Part shown: positions 38,152-49,121 of the stretch, piece by piece
How positions within the stretch are numbered: the stretch's first letter is position 1
How the letters are laid out: every line of letters begins with the position of its first letter
IMG/VR virus record: IMGVR_UViG_3300019132_000038
DNA length: 64,000 nucleotides
DNA from: a virus
Direction: 5' to 3' (one strand)
Notes under the pieces: model-generated
Database searches by the model: none
The model's input: the letters and a program-made list of their open reading frames with translations, nothing else
Told to the model about the DNA's origin: nothing
Made by a program: the position numbers and the translations under genes

Positions 38152-39114
38152 ATGAATGTAATTTATAAAACTATTCCACGACACACAGAGGAAAATATAC
38201 CTCTTGATCAGATTATTGAAATTTATTTCATGATTGATATTCATAAACATTCTTTGCGACAAGAGAATATTATTTTGTTTAATATCACAGAGCAAATTGT
38301 AGAGCCCATTTCATTTGAATATCAAAGACGAATTTTAAAGATTCGGCCTACACAAAAATTAAAACCGAACAATCACTATCAGCTTCAGATTGTAGGAGGA
38401 GAATCAGGGATTAAAGATATTACAGGGCGTATAATGGCTCAAACCTATGAAGTTGAGTTTTATACCAAGGATATAGAGAATATTAAGCCGCCAATACTCT
38501 TTTCTCCTACCGATGTCTCAGTGATTCGTGAGCCAGCAACCTTCCGATTTCAACCTATTGAAAAAGCGCATTATTACGAATTACAAATCTCTAAGAGTAA
38601 TACATTTCATAATTTAGTGTGGCCAACGAACGGGGAAAAAATCTATCAGGCTTCTGAATTGTCTGTAACGCCTAATATGTCTTACGAGACGGGAACCTAC
38701 TATGCTCGAATCCGGTCTGTTGATGAAAATGGAATAGCTAGTTCATGGTCTTCGGTTATTCAATTTTATTATGATGGTGCTCCGATTATTCAAGAGCCAG
38801 AAGATATTGTTATAGCATCTAAAGAGGAAGATATTCCTTCCAAAGATACTGGCGTTTCCCAGCGTCAAGTTATTTTAAAACCTATGACTCAATTACAATC
38901 CAAGCCAAGTCAATTATCTGCACTGCAAAAGGTGTTTTCAGCTGAAATGACAAACACATTTGCAAATCTCTATGTAAAATCTGTAACCCCAAAAGATAAA
39001 TCCGTAAATAATGCTTTAGCAAATGCTAAACAAATTGTCATTGAGTTTACAGAGAATATCGATCCACAAACGATAAATCATACTACATGTTACGTTTTAG
39101 CAGAACGCAATTAA
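38152..39114 (+). CDS. Ig-like domain virion protein
   Basis: P..EE.IPLDQIIEIYF, LKPNNHYQLQI, I.IEFTENIDP patterns of bacterial Ig-like/FnIII repeats. Confidence 0.55.
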   Translation: MNVIYKTIPRHTEENIPLDQIIEIYFMIDIHKHSLRQENIILFNITEQIVEPISFEYQRRILKIRPTQKLKPNNHYQLQIVGGESGIKDITGRIMAQTYEVEFYTKDIENIKPPILFSPTDVSVIREPATFRFQPIEKAHYYELQISKSNTFHNLVWPTNGEKIYQASELSVTPNMSYETGTYYARIRSVDENGIASSWSSVIQFYYDGAPIIQEPEDIVIASKEEDIPSKDTGVSQRQVILKPMTQLQSKPSQLSALQKVFSAEMTNTFANLYVKSVTPKDKSVNNALANAKQIVIEFTENIDPQTINHTTCYVLAERN

Positions 39115-39136
39115 CTGGGAAAGGGTAGTGAGAAGG

Positions 39137-39442
39137 ATGGCTGAGATCATTAAACCAAAGACAACAGGGGAAGAAGTATTGGTCAAAATTGTAAACCAAA
39201 TGGTCTTTGTTCGTAATGAGACACCTATCCTCGACCCAAATGGTGATGGTAGAACGTTTACGACCAATTACGAATATGTTCCCCATACGCTATGTGTAAC
39301 TCTCAATGGATTAAGACAGCGAGAAGGTATTGATTATGATTATGAAGAATTGGGCGGAAACCGGTTTCGATTCACTCATAGCATCGAGGAAGAGGATAGT
39401 GTGATCGTTGATTATATCCGAGTCATGAGTATTCTAGGGTAA
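39137..39442 (+). CDS. hypothetical virion protein
   Basis: NETP..DGRTFTT..V.LNGLRQ..G.DY.E pattern. Confidence 0.65.
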   Translation: MAEIIKPKTTGEEVLVKIVNQMVFVRNETPILDPNGDGRTFTTNYEYVPHTLCVTLNGLRQREGIDYDYEELGGNRFRFTHSIEEEDSVIVDYIRVMSILG

Positions 39443-39498
39443 CTCCCTATAATGCTCACCACACTATTCGAAACATCATAAGGAGAGTGACTTCATTT

Positions 39499-41265
39499 AT
39501 GGCAATTTCACGTATTAGAGGAGAACAAATACGTCCGGGTGTGTTAGTGAATCAACACATCGCAGACAATGCAGGTATTCATGAGAGCAAGTTGGATATC
39601 AATTGGTTATCTCACTATGCTCAAGCCCTTGAAACAAAGAAAGTAATTGACTTTGTTCAAGTAGGCAATAAAGTGGTAGGCGGTTTATCGTCTTATAACC
39701 TTTCTACGCAAGGGATTCTTGCTGGAAATGCACCAAAGGCAACATCTGTCAGTACAGATGAAGGGGTTATTATTGATGCTCCTTATAACAAAGTCATTAT
39801 TCGTGACTCTGTAACGGGAGATTCGATTCTTGATGTATCAGGTAATGAAGTATATGGTCGCATGGTGCATGATGGTGTAGATTTTATTGTCATGTTCTAT
39901 ACGAGCAATGATGAAACTGAAACACCTTTCACAATGCCAGAAAACCAAGAAATCGATTTCCAATACATGGAGCGTTTTAATCTACGCACAGTATCGGAAT
40001 TGTTTGCTGCTAATGAAAAATTTGTAGCAGGGGCTGCAGATATTACAGCATTCCAAAACATCCATCAATTAGCAAAAGATATTTATGGTGCTGGCTACAC
40101 ATTAGATCGTGATGGTCAGGGCAATTTATCAGTGTCTCTTGTAGATCAAATCGCTAATGAAGTGCAAGAGCGTCAACAAGCAATTCAAGATTTCCGCAAT
40201 GATTTGCTTGCACAAGCAACAGCCGGAAAGGGAGCCAACCTCATTGGTATTGAAGATGCAGGAAATCGCTTCCTTGGAGGGACAGTGGAAGCTGTTTTAG
40301 CAGAAATTAAAGATGCATTAGATGAATTAAAAAATGACCTTGCTTCTACAGCATTAGGAAAAGGCGCAAGCATGATTGGTCTTCATGATGCAGCTGGCAA
40401 GTTTAACGCTTCCGATGTAGAAGGGGCATTAGCAGAATTAGCGGATCGTGCTTCTAGCTTAGAGCAGGGTTCTAACTTAGAAGTAGATAATGCGAAATCT
40501 CGTGATGCGGCATCTGCCAATGGCTATTTTGCTCAAAAAACATTTGCTAGTTTAGAAAATCGCCTAGTAGAAATCGAAACCGTAGTCGATAGCGAAGTGA
40601 AAGGTCATGGAGACCGTTTAGACGCAATTGAGGCAGAAATTCAAGCAGCTCGTAATGGGCAAGTATCTTTAGATGCTCGTTTGGATGCTATGCAAGCAGA
40701 AATTGATGCAGAAGAAGATGCACGAGCACAAGGCGACCAAGAGATTCGAGATGACTTTGCATCTACAGACGCTGGAAAAGGTGCAAGCCTTATTGGGGTG
40801 CATGATGCTAACGGCAAGCTCACAGCCATAAATGTAGAAGGTGCATTAATTGAACTTGCAGACCGTTCGACTGCTGTTGAAGGTCGTGCGACAAATCTTG
40901 AAAATGAAGTGCAAGCAGCTCGTGGTTCAGCATCTTCTTTAGATGTTCGTTTAGATCGTGCATTAAATGAAGATGGTACGTTAAAAGCAGGTCGTGATAT
41001 TCATAAGCATTACCGTGCCCGTTATCAAGCAACAGGCGGCGAATCCCAAGTTACATTGGATCAATTTAATAAAACTGACTTGCCAAATTTCCAAGTGGGC
41101 GATGATAGCTTAGAAGTTTACATTAATGGTCAATTGCAAGAAGTAGGTTTGAACTATCTTGAAGGAGCTGACGGACGTACAATCATTTTTGATATCGGTG
41201 ATGGCACAGTCTTGCAATCAACAGATATTGTTCAAATCAAATACTATGTCAATAACCCTGAGTAA
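39499..41265 (+). CDS. fiber-like virion protein with internal repeats
   Basis: Three GKGA..IG..DA...VE..L.E repeats plus coiled coil; ATG 39499. Confidence 0.65.
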   Translation: MAISRIRGEQIRPGVLVNQHIADNAGIHESKLDINWLSHYAQALETKKVIDFVQVGNKVVGGLSSYNLSTQGILAGNAPKATSVSTDEGVIIDAPYNKVIIRDSVTGDSILDVSGNEVYGRMVHDGVDFIVMFYTSNDETETPFTMPENQEIDFQYMERFNLRTVSELFAANEKFVAGAADITAFQNIHQLAKDIYGAGYTLDRDGQGNLSVSLVDQIANEVQERQQAIQDFRNDLLAQATAGKGANLIGIEDAGNRFLGGTVEAVLAEIKDALDELKNDLASTALGKGASMIGLHDAAGKFNASDVEGALAELADRASSLEQGSNLEVDNAKSRDAASANGYFAQKTFASLENRLVEIETVVDSEVKGHGDRLDAIEAEIQAARNGQVSLDARLDAMQAEIDAEEDARAQGDQEIRDDFASTDAGKGASLIGVHDANGKLTAINVEGALIELADRSTAVEGRATNLENEVQAARGSASSLDVRLDRALNEDGTLKAGRDIHKHYRARYQATGGESQVTLDQFNKTDLPNFQVGDDSLEVYINGQLQEVGLNYLEGADGRTIIFDIGDGTVLQSTDIVQIKYYVNNPE

Positions 41266-41309
41266 TCAATTCAATATCCTCCTTCCATTACCGGAGGAGG
41301 ATATGTTTT

Positions 41310-42482
41310 TTGAAAGAGGGTGTCACGATGAATTATATTGGAGAATTTCAAAAAGATTCAACGATTTTACTAGAATTATTAACTAAAGATGAAAAAAATC
41401 AACCAATTGTTACGGATTTTCCACCTACAGCATTGATTGAGCATTATGACCGAAATGGATTACAGGAGGTAGATAATGTTACACTGGAAACAATGGGAGA
41501 TGGTTCTAGGCATATCAAGCTATATCACATCCCTATCGACTGGAAATATGGTGATTATTTAATCACGTATAAAGCTCAAATTGAGGGAGTTGAATATACT
41601 ACTCAAGAACGTTTTTATATTTCTAAAACAGAGAAGTTAGTAGAAGAAAATAACCAAATCGGTTATGAAATTATGAATCTTATGACCTCTCATAGTTTTC
41701 CGGTCGATACAAAACCCGAAGAAGAGCCTGTTACAAGTGCGGATGGTTATATTATGCCACCGGATTTTCAAATCCCAAGCAATATTCAAGTGGTAGATAA
41801 TCGAATTATTATCACGATTAATGAAAATATTAAGTTTAACCACACATATCGGGTGGTTTTAGATAAAGAGATTCGTTCTACAAGTGGGGCTCGATTAGGG
41901 GAAACCAAAACGATTACATTTACCTCAGCATATAAGCCTTTGTTGGCAACACCATTAGAAGTGCAATCCGTATTAAGAAGTCTTTACAAATATTTTACTC
42001 CGCATGATATTTACTCAGCCATTCGTGATGCAGGACAAAAAGCCATGCAATTATTAGGCCAAATTCCTGATCCTAATAATAGCCGTTATCGAGATATGCG
42101 AGAACGTGATGAAGCCTATTTTGCTACTACCAAGTATGTGCTGCATGAAGCGGCTCGAATCCTTATGACAGGCCTTATGGTTCGCATTTTAAATGGAACG
42201 GCGAGTGATGAAGAAGGATTAGGATTAATGACAGAAACAGGCGGTTCCATTACATTAGGGGATTTCTCTATTTCTAATAAATCATCCTCTTCCAGTGGTA
42301 TGGGAAATGGAGAAAATGAAGAAACTCCTTTGCAAAAATTGCAGGCTATGATAGTTGAAAACGATAGGGATTTGAAATTCTGGCAAGATGCTATGATGGG
42401 TCGTAATCGAAGAGGATATGCTAGACCATTGTCAGGATCCTATAGAAGCGGAGCGGGATCGCCGGAAGGACGTGACTTCTAA
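41310..42482 (+). CDS. head-tail adaptor/neck-like protein
   Basis: 390 aa; C-terminal TPLEV..V, SITLGDFSIS pattern of neck proteins. Confidence 0.45.
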   Translation: MKEGVTMNYIGEFQKDSTILLELLTKDEKNQPIVTDFPPTALIEHYDRNGLQEVDNVTLETMGDGSRHIKLYHIPIDWKYGDYLITYKAQIEGVEYTTQERFYISKTEKLVEENNQIGYEIMNLMTSHSFPVDTKPEEEPVTSADGYIMPPDFQIPSNIQVVDNRIIITINENIKFNHTYRVVLDKEIRSTSGARLGETKTITFTSAYKPLLATPLEVQSVLRSLYKYFTPHDIYSAIRDAGQKAMQLLGQIPDPNNSRYRDMRERDEAYFATTKYVLHEAARILMTGLMVRILNGTASDEEGLGLMTETGGSITLGDFSISNKSSSSSGMGNGENEETPLQKLQAMIVENDRDLKFWQDAMMGRNRRGYARPLSGSYRSGAGSPEGRDF

Positions 42483-42967
42483 TGATTGATATTCGCAAAG
42501 AAATCGCCAAACTGTTTGACCAATATGCTCACAATATTGTTTATATCCGTCGAGATGAGCGATTTCGATGTGAGTGCTATGTGGAGCGAAGTGGCGAGCC
42601 ACTCCCTCATTGTTTTAAATGCTTTGGAACGGGGCATATTGTTCAAATTGAGCGAGTGCGAGCCCGAAGAAAAATTGCCACAGTTCCTGAAACTTTGATT
42701 GGTGTTAATCAAATGCATCCAGCAGGAACCTTAGCTCCCAAATCCTATATATATTACTTTGAACACAATATTCACCCCAAAGTCAATGACTTGATCCTTG
42801 AGGTAATATGGGATGTTAAAGGTATACCACGATATATTAAAGAAAAGCACTTAATTAGCACCATTGAACCTAAACTTGGATATAAAGGTCGAGTGGAGTT
42901 TTATCAAGTATACTGTCGCTACGACCAGAAGGGAGTTAATGATGACAAAGCCCTCACCAAGTATTGA
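42482..42967 (+). CDS. head closure/neck-like protein
   Basis: CEC...HCFKCFGTG zinc motif, position in neck region. Confidence 0.45.
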   Translation: MIDIRKEIAKLFDQYAHNIVYIRRDERFRCECYVERSGEPLPHCFKCFGTGHIVQIERVRARRKIATVPETLIGVNQMHPAGTLAPKSYIYYFEHNIHPKVNDLILEVIWDVKGIPRYIKEKHLISTIEPKLGYKGRVEFYQVYCRYDQKGVNDDKALTKY

Positions 42968-43991
42968 ATATTTACAACATCCCCATATGTATTTAGAGCG
43001 TGAAGTAGCAATTGGAAAACGGTTGTTGATTCTCGCTGAGTCAGAAAATGGAGATTACTATAACCCTACATTGGTTTATAGCAAGGAAATGGCCATCGAC
43101 TTTTTTGGAGGCGGTGCATTAGTACAAGCCTACGAGGATGCAAGTACTTATCAAAAAGGATTACACGCTTATTTAATGCGTATTGAACCATATGGATATG
43201 AAACGGCGTTTGCTGTTTTAGAATCATTTGATTTTGACCTTTTATTCTTAAAAGATGTGCATTTCAACAAAAACAATGAAGTTATTCATCAATTTCTGGA
43301 GTTTGCTAGAGTAAAAGAAGAAAAAGGGAATTTAGTTCATGGAATTACCACATTATCTTCTGGTTTGCGCTATCAGGATCTTACTTCCTTGTTTCCGCTG
43401 ATTCAATCTTTAACAGAGGAAAGAGGAGATGAAACAATTGAAAGAGGAAAGTATCTTTCTTTAGTTGTTCATCAGATGGAATTTCAAGATGCCGGGGCAG
43501 TCTACGCTGGACTATTGACCTCTATTGAACCAGAAGTAAGTCCTATTAATAAAACCATTCCTAATGTATCGCTTTCTTTTGAATTTAGCAAGCCAGAAAT
43601 CCATCAACTTCGTTCTGTAGGAATTGTATGTTTTCATCAAACATTCAAGAAAGGTATTACATGTACATCTTCGAGTTGTGCTGTAAGTACAGAAGGAAGT
43701 GTACATAAGCATATATCAAATTTTCGTATTGCTCAGCATTTGATTAATCAAGTATCTAATGAGCTTCATCCTTTAATCGGAATGCCAAATGTGCTCCATC
43801 AATCTCACAATGTTGAAGGTATTGTAGAGTCAATCTGCATGGAACACATTGAGTTAAAGCGAATTAGAGACTTCGGTTATTCCGTAGGAGTGGATGAGTT
43901 ATATGGCTTGATTGATGTACAAATTGAATTGGTGCCGATTTTCTCGGTGCACAGTATGACTACACATAGTCGTGTGAGAATCTTTAAATAG
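42939..43991 (+). CDS. short tail-sheath paralog
   Basis: N- and C-terminal segments resemble those of 44765..47689 (LLILAESENG/FFGGG/YLMRI; HISNFRI..LIG..IELVPIF). Confidence 0.6.
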   Translation: MMTKPSPSIEYLQHPHMYLEREVAIGKRLLILAESENGDYYNPTLVYSKEMAIDFFGGGALVQAYEDASTYQKGLHAYLMRIEPYGYETAFAVLESFDFDLLFLKDVHFNKNNEVIHQFLEFARVKEEKGNLVHGITTLSSGLRYQDLTSLFPLIQSLTEERGDETIERGKYLSLVVHQMEFQDAGAVYAGLLTSIEPEVSPINKTIPNVSLSFEFSKPEIHQLRSVGIVCFHQTFKKGITCTSSSCAVSTEGSVHKHISNFRIAQHLINQVSNELHPLIGMPNVLHQSHNVEGIVESICMEHIELKRIRDFGYSVGVDELYGLIDVQIELVPIFSVHSMTTHSRVRIFK

Positions 43992-44011
43992 CAAAGGGAG
44001 AAGTAAGCGTA

Positions 44012-44746
44012 ATGAGTCGAGTCCATAGAGGTTTTAATCACACCATGAATCCAAATCCTTATTTTTATATTAAACACTCACAAGAAATGCCTTCTGAATT
44101 GAAGCAAGAGTTAGAGGGAACTGTACATCCAAGTTTAGATGCTCGACCTATCAGAGATAATCGAGCTCCTTTGTTGGATGCCTATATCGACAATCGCTTA
44201 CGTTCTGATAAACCCATCACCTTTTTAGATTTCATCGATGATTTGCGACGCTTGTGGGAAGCGGCCGGAAAAGCAGGAAAGTTTGTTCGTCAATCACCTC
44301 TTAAAGAAGATGCAGAATTTCCGACTATTACGTATCGCATTTTGCGAAGAGAAATCAATAAAGAGTTTAAAGATATTAAACCTCGTTATCGTACGACCAT
44401 TCGTCATCCTTATTTAGAAGAGGAATACATCGAATTGTATGGTCAAATTTTTGACGTATGGGTGGAATTCTGTATTTATACCCTTAGTGCAGAAGAAGCT
44501 GACGAGCTAGTGATGGAATTAGAAGAATTTTTGCAAACTTATGCAGGATTTTTCAAGCAAAAGGGTGTGCAAGAGATTCTTTTCCACGCACAAGGAGAAG
44601 ATGAGGTACTTGAGGAGCAAAGAATCCATATATCCAAACGCAAGCTTCTTTACACAATGCGATTCGAAAAAATCATCGTCAGATTTCTTAATGAAATTGA
44701 ACAAATTGCTGTTCAAGCCAACCTTCGACATGAAGGAGAAATTTAA
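44012..44746 (+). CDS. tail completion/terminator-like protein
   Basis: FPTITYRIL..FDVWVEFCIYT..EADEL pattern immediately before sheath. Confidence 0.5.
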   Translation: MSRVHRGFNHTMNPNPYFYIKHSQEMPSELKQELEGTVHPSLDARPIRDNRAPLLDAYIDNRLRSDKPITFLDFIDDLRRLWEAAGKAGKFVRQSPLKEDAEFPTITYRILRREINKEFKDIKPRYRTTIRHPYLEEEYIELYGQIFDVWVEFCIYTLSAEEADELVMELEEFLQTYAGFFKQKGVQEILFHAQGEDEVLEEQRIHISKRKLLYTMRFEKIIVRFLNEIEQIAVQANLRHEGEI

Positions 44747-44764
44747 CAAGAGGAGGATTCCTAG

Positions 44765-47689
44765 ATGGTACAGTTTGAACAATATGAAAACCTGCCAGGT
44801 GTTAAAGTTTCTTATGAAGATGGCAACCTCCACACAGGAAATCAAGTAGAACAAGCATCTACTCAATCGATTCTGATTATTGGAACTGCTATCGATGGTC
44901 CTGTTGGAGAACCGGTGTCTGTAAACGCTATTGGTGGTCCAAAAGTCGCTGAGCAAATGTTTGGCGGTTTATTGGAACGCAGAAAAGTTGTAGAGAATGG
45001 AGAAGAAAAAACAATTAAAGTGCCACATCAGGGAACATTAATCCGTGCAATGTGGGAGGCCATTCGTGCTGGAAATGAAGATGTACGTTTATTGCGTGTA
45101 TCTGGTCGAGCAGCCAAAACAGAATTACCTGCAAAAGATCCAAATAGTGAAGTTGTACAACCATTAGCAGATGCAATGGGCAATAACTTAATTCCGGGAA
45201 ATATCCCATTTCAAAAAGCATTGGGATTAACTTCGACTTTGCGCTTAGTAAAGATCGAAAAAATTGAAGAATTTGCAGGCACAGATACAACTGTTGCACC
45301 ACTTCGCACATTCCCGGATTCAACAGGTTATGAGTCTGTGGATCCAACACCGGGTTCTGAAACTGTTTATTTCCGTAAGGATACATTCCGCCCGAAAAAC
45401 ACCATTAAAATTACGTATAAAGCAAAACAGCGTAATTACACAGAAGTGACCCGAAATGAAGATGGAGTAAATAATTCATCTACTAAAGGGGTATTAACAC
45501 AAGATCCAACGATGACAAACTATTTCGCTGCAGAAGTTGGAAACTGGTCAGATGATCCAATGCACCAAGTAAACGTGTATGTAGTGGATTCTCAAGGAAA
45601 CGTTCATACAATTCCAATGGTTAATTCATCTGGCGAACGCTTGTGGCGTATCGGTAAGGGAGATCCGACAGTAACCGATGAATTACGTGATGTCATTACA
45701 GCTGAAGAATTCAAGCAAGGTGGCATTCGTTTTACATCAGCTTATCAGGCAGAAGTAGCTAATGGCTTATATCCTGCATTAAATTCTGGTATTCGGGTTC
45801 TTGCAGATTACTTCTATTACAACGATGTAGAAGTGGTTGGTTCCGTGACACAACTTGTGCCAGGCGCAGAGAAAGTGACTTTCTTGAAATTTATGCCTGA
45901 TTCTGGAACCCTTGAAGTGTATTACGAGAGAAATGGATTTAAGAGTGTACTTGTAGAAGGGACAGACTATACACTCGTATTTCCAAATGATTCACAAGGA
46001 AAAGTAGAAGTTCGCATTCAGGCAGGTGCAGGCCCTGTTGGTGCCAAACTATTCGCTCACTATAAAACAGGTGAAAATAACACACAAGGAGCTAAATTGA
46101 TTGTTAATGCTCTATATGCGGGTAAATTGTACGGTGGTATTGAAGATGTAAAAGATCCGTCTACTCTATACGGGGTTAAAGTGGTCGTTGAGTATGAGGT
46201 AAATGAAAACGGCACATTAGATATGGAGAACCGTGTAATCCGCTTTATTAAGCCAGTCGATAAAAAGACAACATCTAATGATAATGAATTACGGTTCCGT
46301 ACAAAAGAATTGAAAGGCATTCGAACACTTCGTGAGTTTGCTAACTATGTAAACGGTCTTCCTCAAAATAATATTGTTCACTTAGAAGTTCCATTAAATG
46401 CAGGGGATGTTCCGCTTACAGGATTGCTTGTTACGGATTATACAGTAAGCCCAATTGATGGTAGATATGATTATCGACCAATTAATCTTGGTGAAAAGTA
46501 TGATGAGGAAACTATGTCATTCCGCTTGTTTGTAGATGACAGTAAACAAGACAATGACCCAGATCGCTTTCCGTGGTTAGGTACAGATGGTTTCTTTGAT
46601 CCTAGCAACTTGTTAGATATGAAGAAGCTGTATGAAGCTCTCGGCGGTAAATATCAATTAGTAGAAGGAACGCTAGATGAATATGAGTTAGTTGAGCAAG
46701 GTATTTACTCTAAACTTGAAAACTATGCCGTTGACATCATTGTTCTTGAAGGCGTATATGCCAATACTGCGATTGGAGATATTGCCGAAGATGGGTCAAT
46801 CGTAGTTTCTCAAAATAAAAACTTTGCTACACAGCTTGCTCAGCACTGTGCCATGGTCACAGCAAAAACATGGGAAACTATCGGTGTCATTGGAACTGCT
46901 CCAGCTCCATTTACGGGACTTCGTGAAGTTCAAGAATACATTGATTTACTGACAAAAGGTGTAGGATTGAACGAAGAAGCTGAACAATTCTACCTCAGTC
47001 GTGGAATCAATCCTAAGTATCAGAACTTCCATTACATGTACAACCTTGCAACACATGAGCAAATTTTCAATGATGAAGGCGATCCTATTGATATTGGCCG
47101 TTACATTAACGTTGTATATGGTCCGGAGGCTGGATTAGCTCATGAGAAGCTTGGAACTTATGTCGTAACTGGTTCTATGATTTATGCAACTCTTATCTCC
47201 CAATTAAATGCTGAAGTTTCAACAACGAATAAACCAGTGCCAGTACTTGGTTTGCGTTATCACTTGTCTGAGGCACAGCACAATCAATTAGCAGGTGGAC
47301 GGTATGTAACTTTTGAGGGCAAATTAAATCTCAATGGTACTCGAACAGTAGTTGTGAAAGACGGTGTAACAGCTGCTGCTCCAAATAGTGATTATCAGCG
47401 TCTATCTACGGTTCGTATTGTTCATGCAACTGTTCAATTAATCCGTAAGAAAGCCGACCGTTTCATTGGTCTACCAAACGGTATTGCTCAACGAAATGCA
47501 TTAGCTACTGAGATTCAAGCAGGACTCGATCGATTAAAAGAATTGGGTGTTCTCCAAAACTTTAAATTCTCTATTTTCTCTTCTTCACGTGACCGTGTAC
47601 TTGGTAACGCCTTTATTACATTAGAGCTAGTACCTGCCTTTGAAACTCGCAAAATTTACACAAGCGTTGCACTGAGAGCAAGTTTATAA
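44765..47689 (+). CDS. contractile tail sheath protein
   Basis: 974 aa; LPGVKVSYED, IIGTAIDGP, RLSTVRIV, ITLELVPAFE. Confidence 0.85.
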   Translation: MVQFEQYENLPGVKVSYEDGNLHTGNQVEQASTQSILIIGTAIDGPVGEPVSVNAIGGPKVAEQMFGGLLERRKVVENGEEKTIKVPHQGTLIRAMWEAIRAGNEDVRLLRVSGRAAKTELPAKDPNSEVVQPLADAMGNNLIPGNIPFQKALGLTSTLRLVKIEKIEEFAGTDTTVAPLRTFPDSTGYESVDPTPGSETVYFRKDTFRPKNTIKITYKAKQRNYTEVTRNEDGVNNSSTKGVLTQDPTMTNYFAAEVGNWSDDPMHQVNVYVVDSQGNVHTIPMVNSSGERLWRIGKGDPTVTDELRDVITAEEFKQGGIRFTSAYQAEVANGLYPALNSGIRVLADYFYYNDVEVVGSVTQLVPGAEKVTFLKFMPDSGTLEVYYERNGFKSVLVEGTDYTLVFPNDSQGKVEVRIQAGAGPVGAKLFAHYKTGENNTQGAKLIVNALYAGKLYGGIEDVKDPSTLYGVKVVVEYEVNENGTLDMENRVIRFIKPVDKKTTSNDNELRFRTKELKGIRTLREFANYVNGLPQNNIVHLEVPLNAGDVPLTGLLVTDYTVSPIDGRYDYRPINLGEKYDEETMSFRLFVDDSKQDNDPDRFPWLGTDGFFDPSNLLDMKKLYEALGGKYQLVEGTLDEYELVEQGIYSKLENYAVDIIVLEGVYANTAIGDIAEDGSIVVSQNKNFATQLAQHCAMVTAKTWETIGVIGTAPAPFTGLREVQEYIDLLTKGVGLNEEAEQFYLSRGINPKYQNFHYMYNLATHEQIFNDEGDPIDIGRYINVVYGPEAGLAHEKLGTYVVTGSMIYATLISQLNAEVSTTNKPVPVLGLRYHLSEAQHNQLAGGRYVTFEGKLNLNGTRTVVVKDGVTAAAPNSDYQRLSTVRIVHATVQLIRKKADRFIGLPNGIAQRNALATEIQAGLDRLKELGVLQNFKFSIFSSSRDRVLGNAFITLELVPAFETRKIYTSVALRASL

Positions 47690-47762
47690 GAATTGATTCG
47701 TGGGGAAGGCCTTCCTTCCTCACTTAATTAGAAATAATTTTATAAAGAGGTGAACAAGCACT

Positions 47763-48533
47763 ATGTTCAACGTTGAAGAATATACTCGCACATTTACGAG
47801 CTTCTCTGGTGCTGATATTGTAGCAACATTCAATGGTCGTGTGATTGGTGAACTCCAAGCAATTTCCTATTCTGTTGCTCGTGAAGTTGCTCCAGTATAC
47901 ACAATGGGTAGCCCAGATCCACGTTCATTCTCTCGAGGTAAGCGTGGTATTTCCGGTTCTCTTGTTTTTGTTCAATTTGACCGTGATGCCTTGCTGGAAG
48001 AAATGAAAAAACAATATGAAGGAGCTCCAGGGGCATTGCGTTTCCAACAATATATTACCAATGTTAGTGGTACTAATATTGGCAGCCGAACAGGAAGAGC
48101 AGGATTAGAGGATCAAATCCTAAGTGGATTAAAAGCTGTTTCAGCTACAGGCGGAAATTCCTACGGAATTAGTACATGGGACGAGCAAATGACACGTTTA
48201 GGATATGCTCGTACAGCAGGAAACGCACAACAAGGATTTAATGAGGACAATCTAGTGGATTTCTTCGTTCCAGAATATGCTGATCAGTTAATGCCTTTCA
48301 ATATTTCTATCAGTATGGCCAATGAATATGGTCAGCGAGCAGGTATGGAAATTTACGGGGTTCAATTGCTAAATGAAGCATCCGGATTTTCTGTTGACGA
48401 TGTGGTAACAGCTAAAGCTTATACATTTGTGGCTCGTAAAATTAAAGGAATCCAGCCAAAAGCAAACCTTCGTCAAGAAGGTGGCGCATCAGCCAATACC
48501 GCTATTGGCGATACATGGAATCCAGTCTTATAA
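47763..48533 (+). CDS. tail tube protein
   Basis: SFSGADIVATF..GELQAISYSV.RE..PVYTMG..RGKRGISGSL; follows sheath. Confidence 0.8.
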   Translation: MFNVEEYTRTFTSFSGADIVATFNGRVIGELQAISYSVAREVAPVYTMGSPDPRSFSRGKRGISGSLVFVQFDRDALLEEMKKQYEGAPGALRFQQYITNVSGTNIGSRTGRAGLEDQILSGLKAVSATGGNSYGISTWDEQMTRLGYARTAGNAQQGFNEDNLVDFFVPEYADQLMPFNISISMANEYGQRAGMEIYGVQLLNEASGFSVDDVVTAKAYTFVARKIKGIQPKANLRQEGGASANTAIGDTWNPVL

Positions 48534-48553
48534 GGATATTAATATATTCCATA

Positions 48554-48585
48554 ATAGGACAGCACTTGTGGCTGTCCTATTTTTC
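48554..48585 (+). terminator. intrinsic terminator
   Basis: ATAGGACAGC/GCTGTCCTAT plus T tract. Confidence 0.75.
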
Positions 48586-48602
48586 AATAAGGAGGAAAAG
48601 AG

Positions 48603-49121
48603 ATGTTCGAGCGTTATCAAAAAACGATTACTTCTTATTCCGGTACAGATATGGTCTGCAGCATTAATGTTCCTGGTAAGGGTCCTATTATCTTTGGAGA
48701 GTTATCTCAAATTTCATATTCCGTGTATCGAGAAAAAGTACCGGTGCGAGCATTAGGAAGGGTATCAATGAAAGGATACACAAGGGGGATGCGCACTATT
48801 ACAGGGATTTTATCTTTTACAGTATTTGATGAATCCATTGTTTATCGCTGTATGGAAGAAATTCGTCAAGCAGGATATCGCATGTTAATGGATGAAATGC
48901 CTTTGTTTGATGTCACGATTTCCATGGCCAATGAATTTGGTGCTCGTTCCAAAATGAGTATTTACGGTATTTCTACCTATACCGAGGGAATGGTTATGAG
49001 TGTCGATGACATTGTTACGCATAATGCGTATGAATTTTATGCTTTAGATATTGACCCTATTCAACGAACCAATGAAGAAAAACCACCACATTATCCAAGA
49101 GGGGGAGGAATCGTTATATGA
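48603..49121 (+). CDS. tail tube paralog
   Basis: SYSGTD..GELSQISYSVYREK.PV..RG.RTITG; PLFDVTISMANEFG. Confidence 0.75.
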   Translation: MFERYQKTITSYSGTDMVCSINVPGKGPIIFGELSQISYSVYREKVPVRALGRVSMKGYTRGMRTITGILSFTVFDESIVYRCMEEIRQAGYRMLMDEMPLFDVTISMANEFGARSKMSIYGISTYTEGMVMSVDDIVTHNAYEFYALDIDPIQRTNEEKPPHYPRGGGIVI

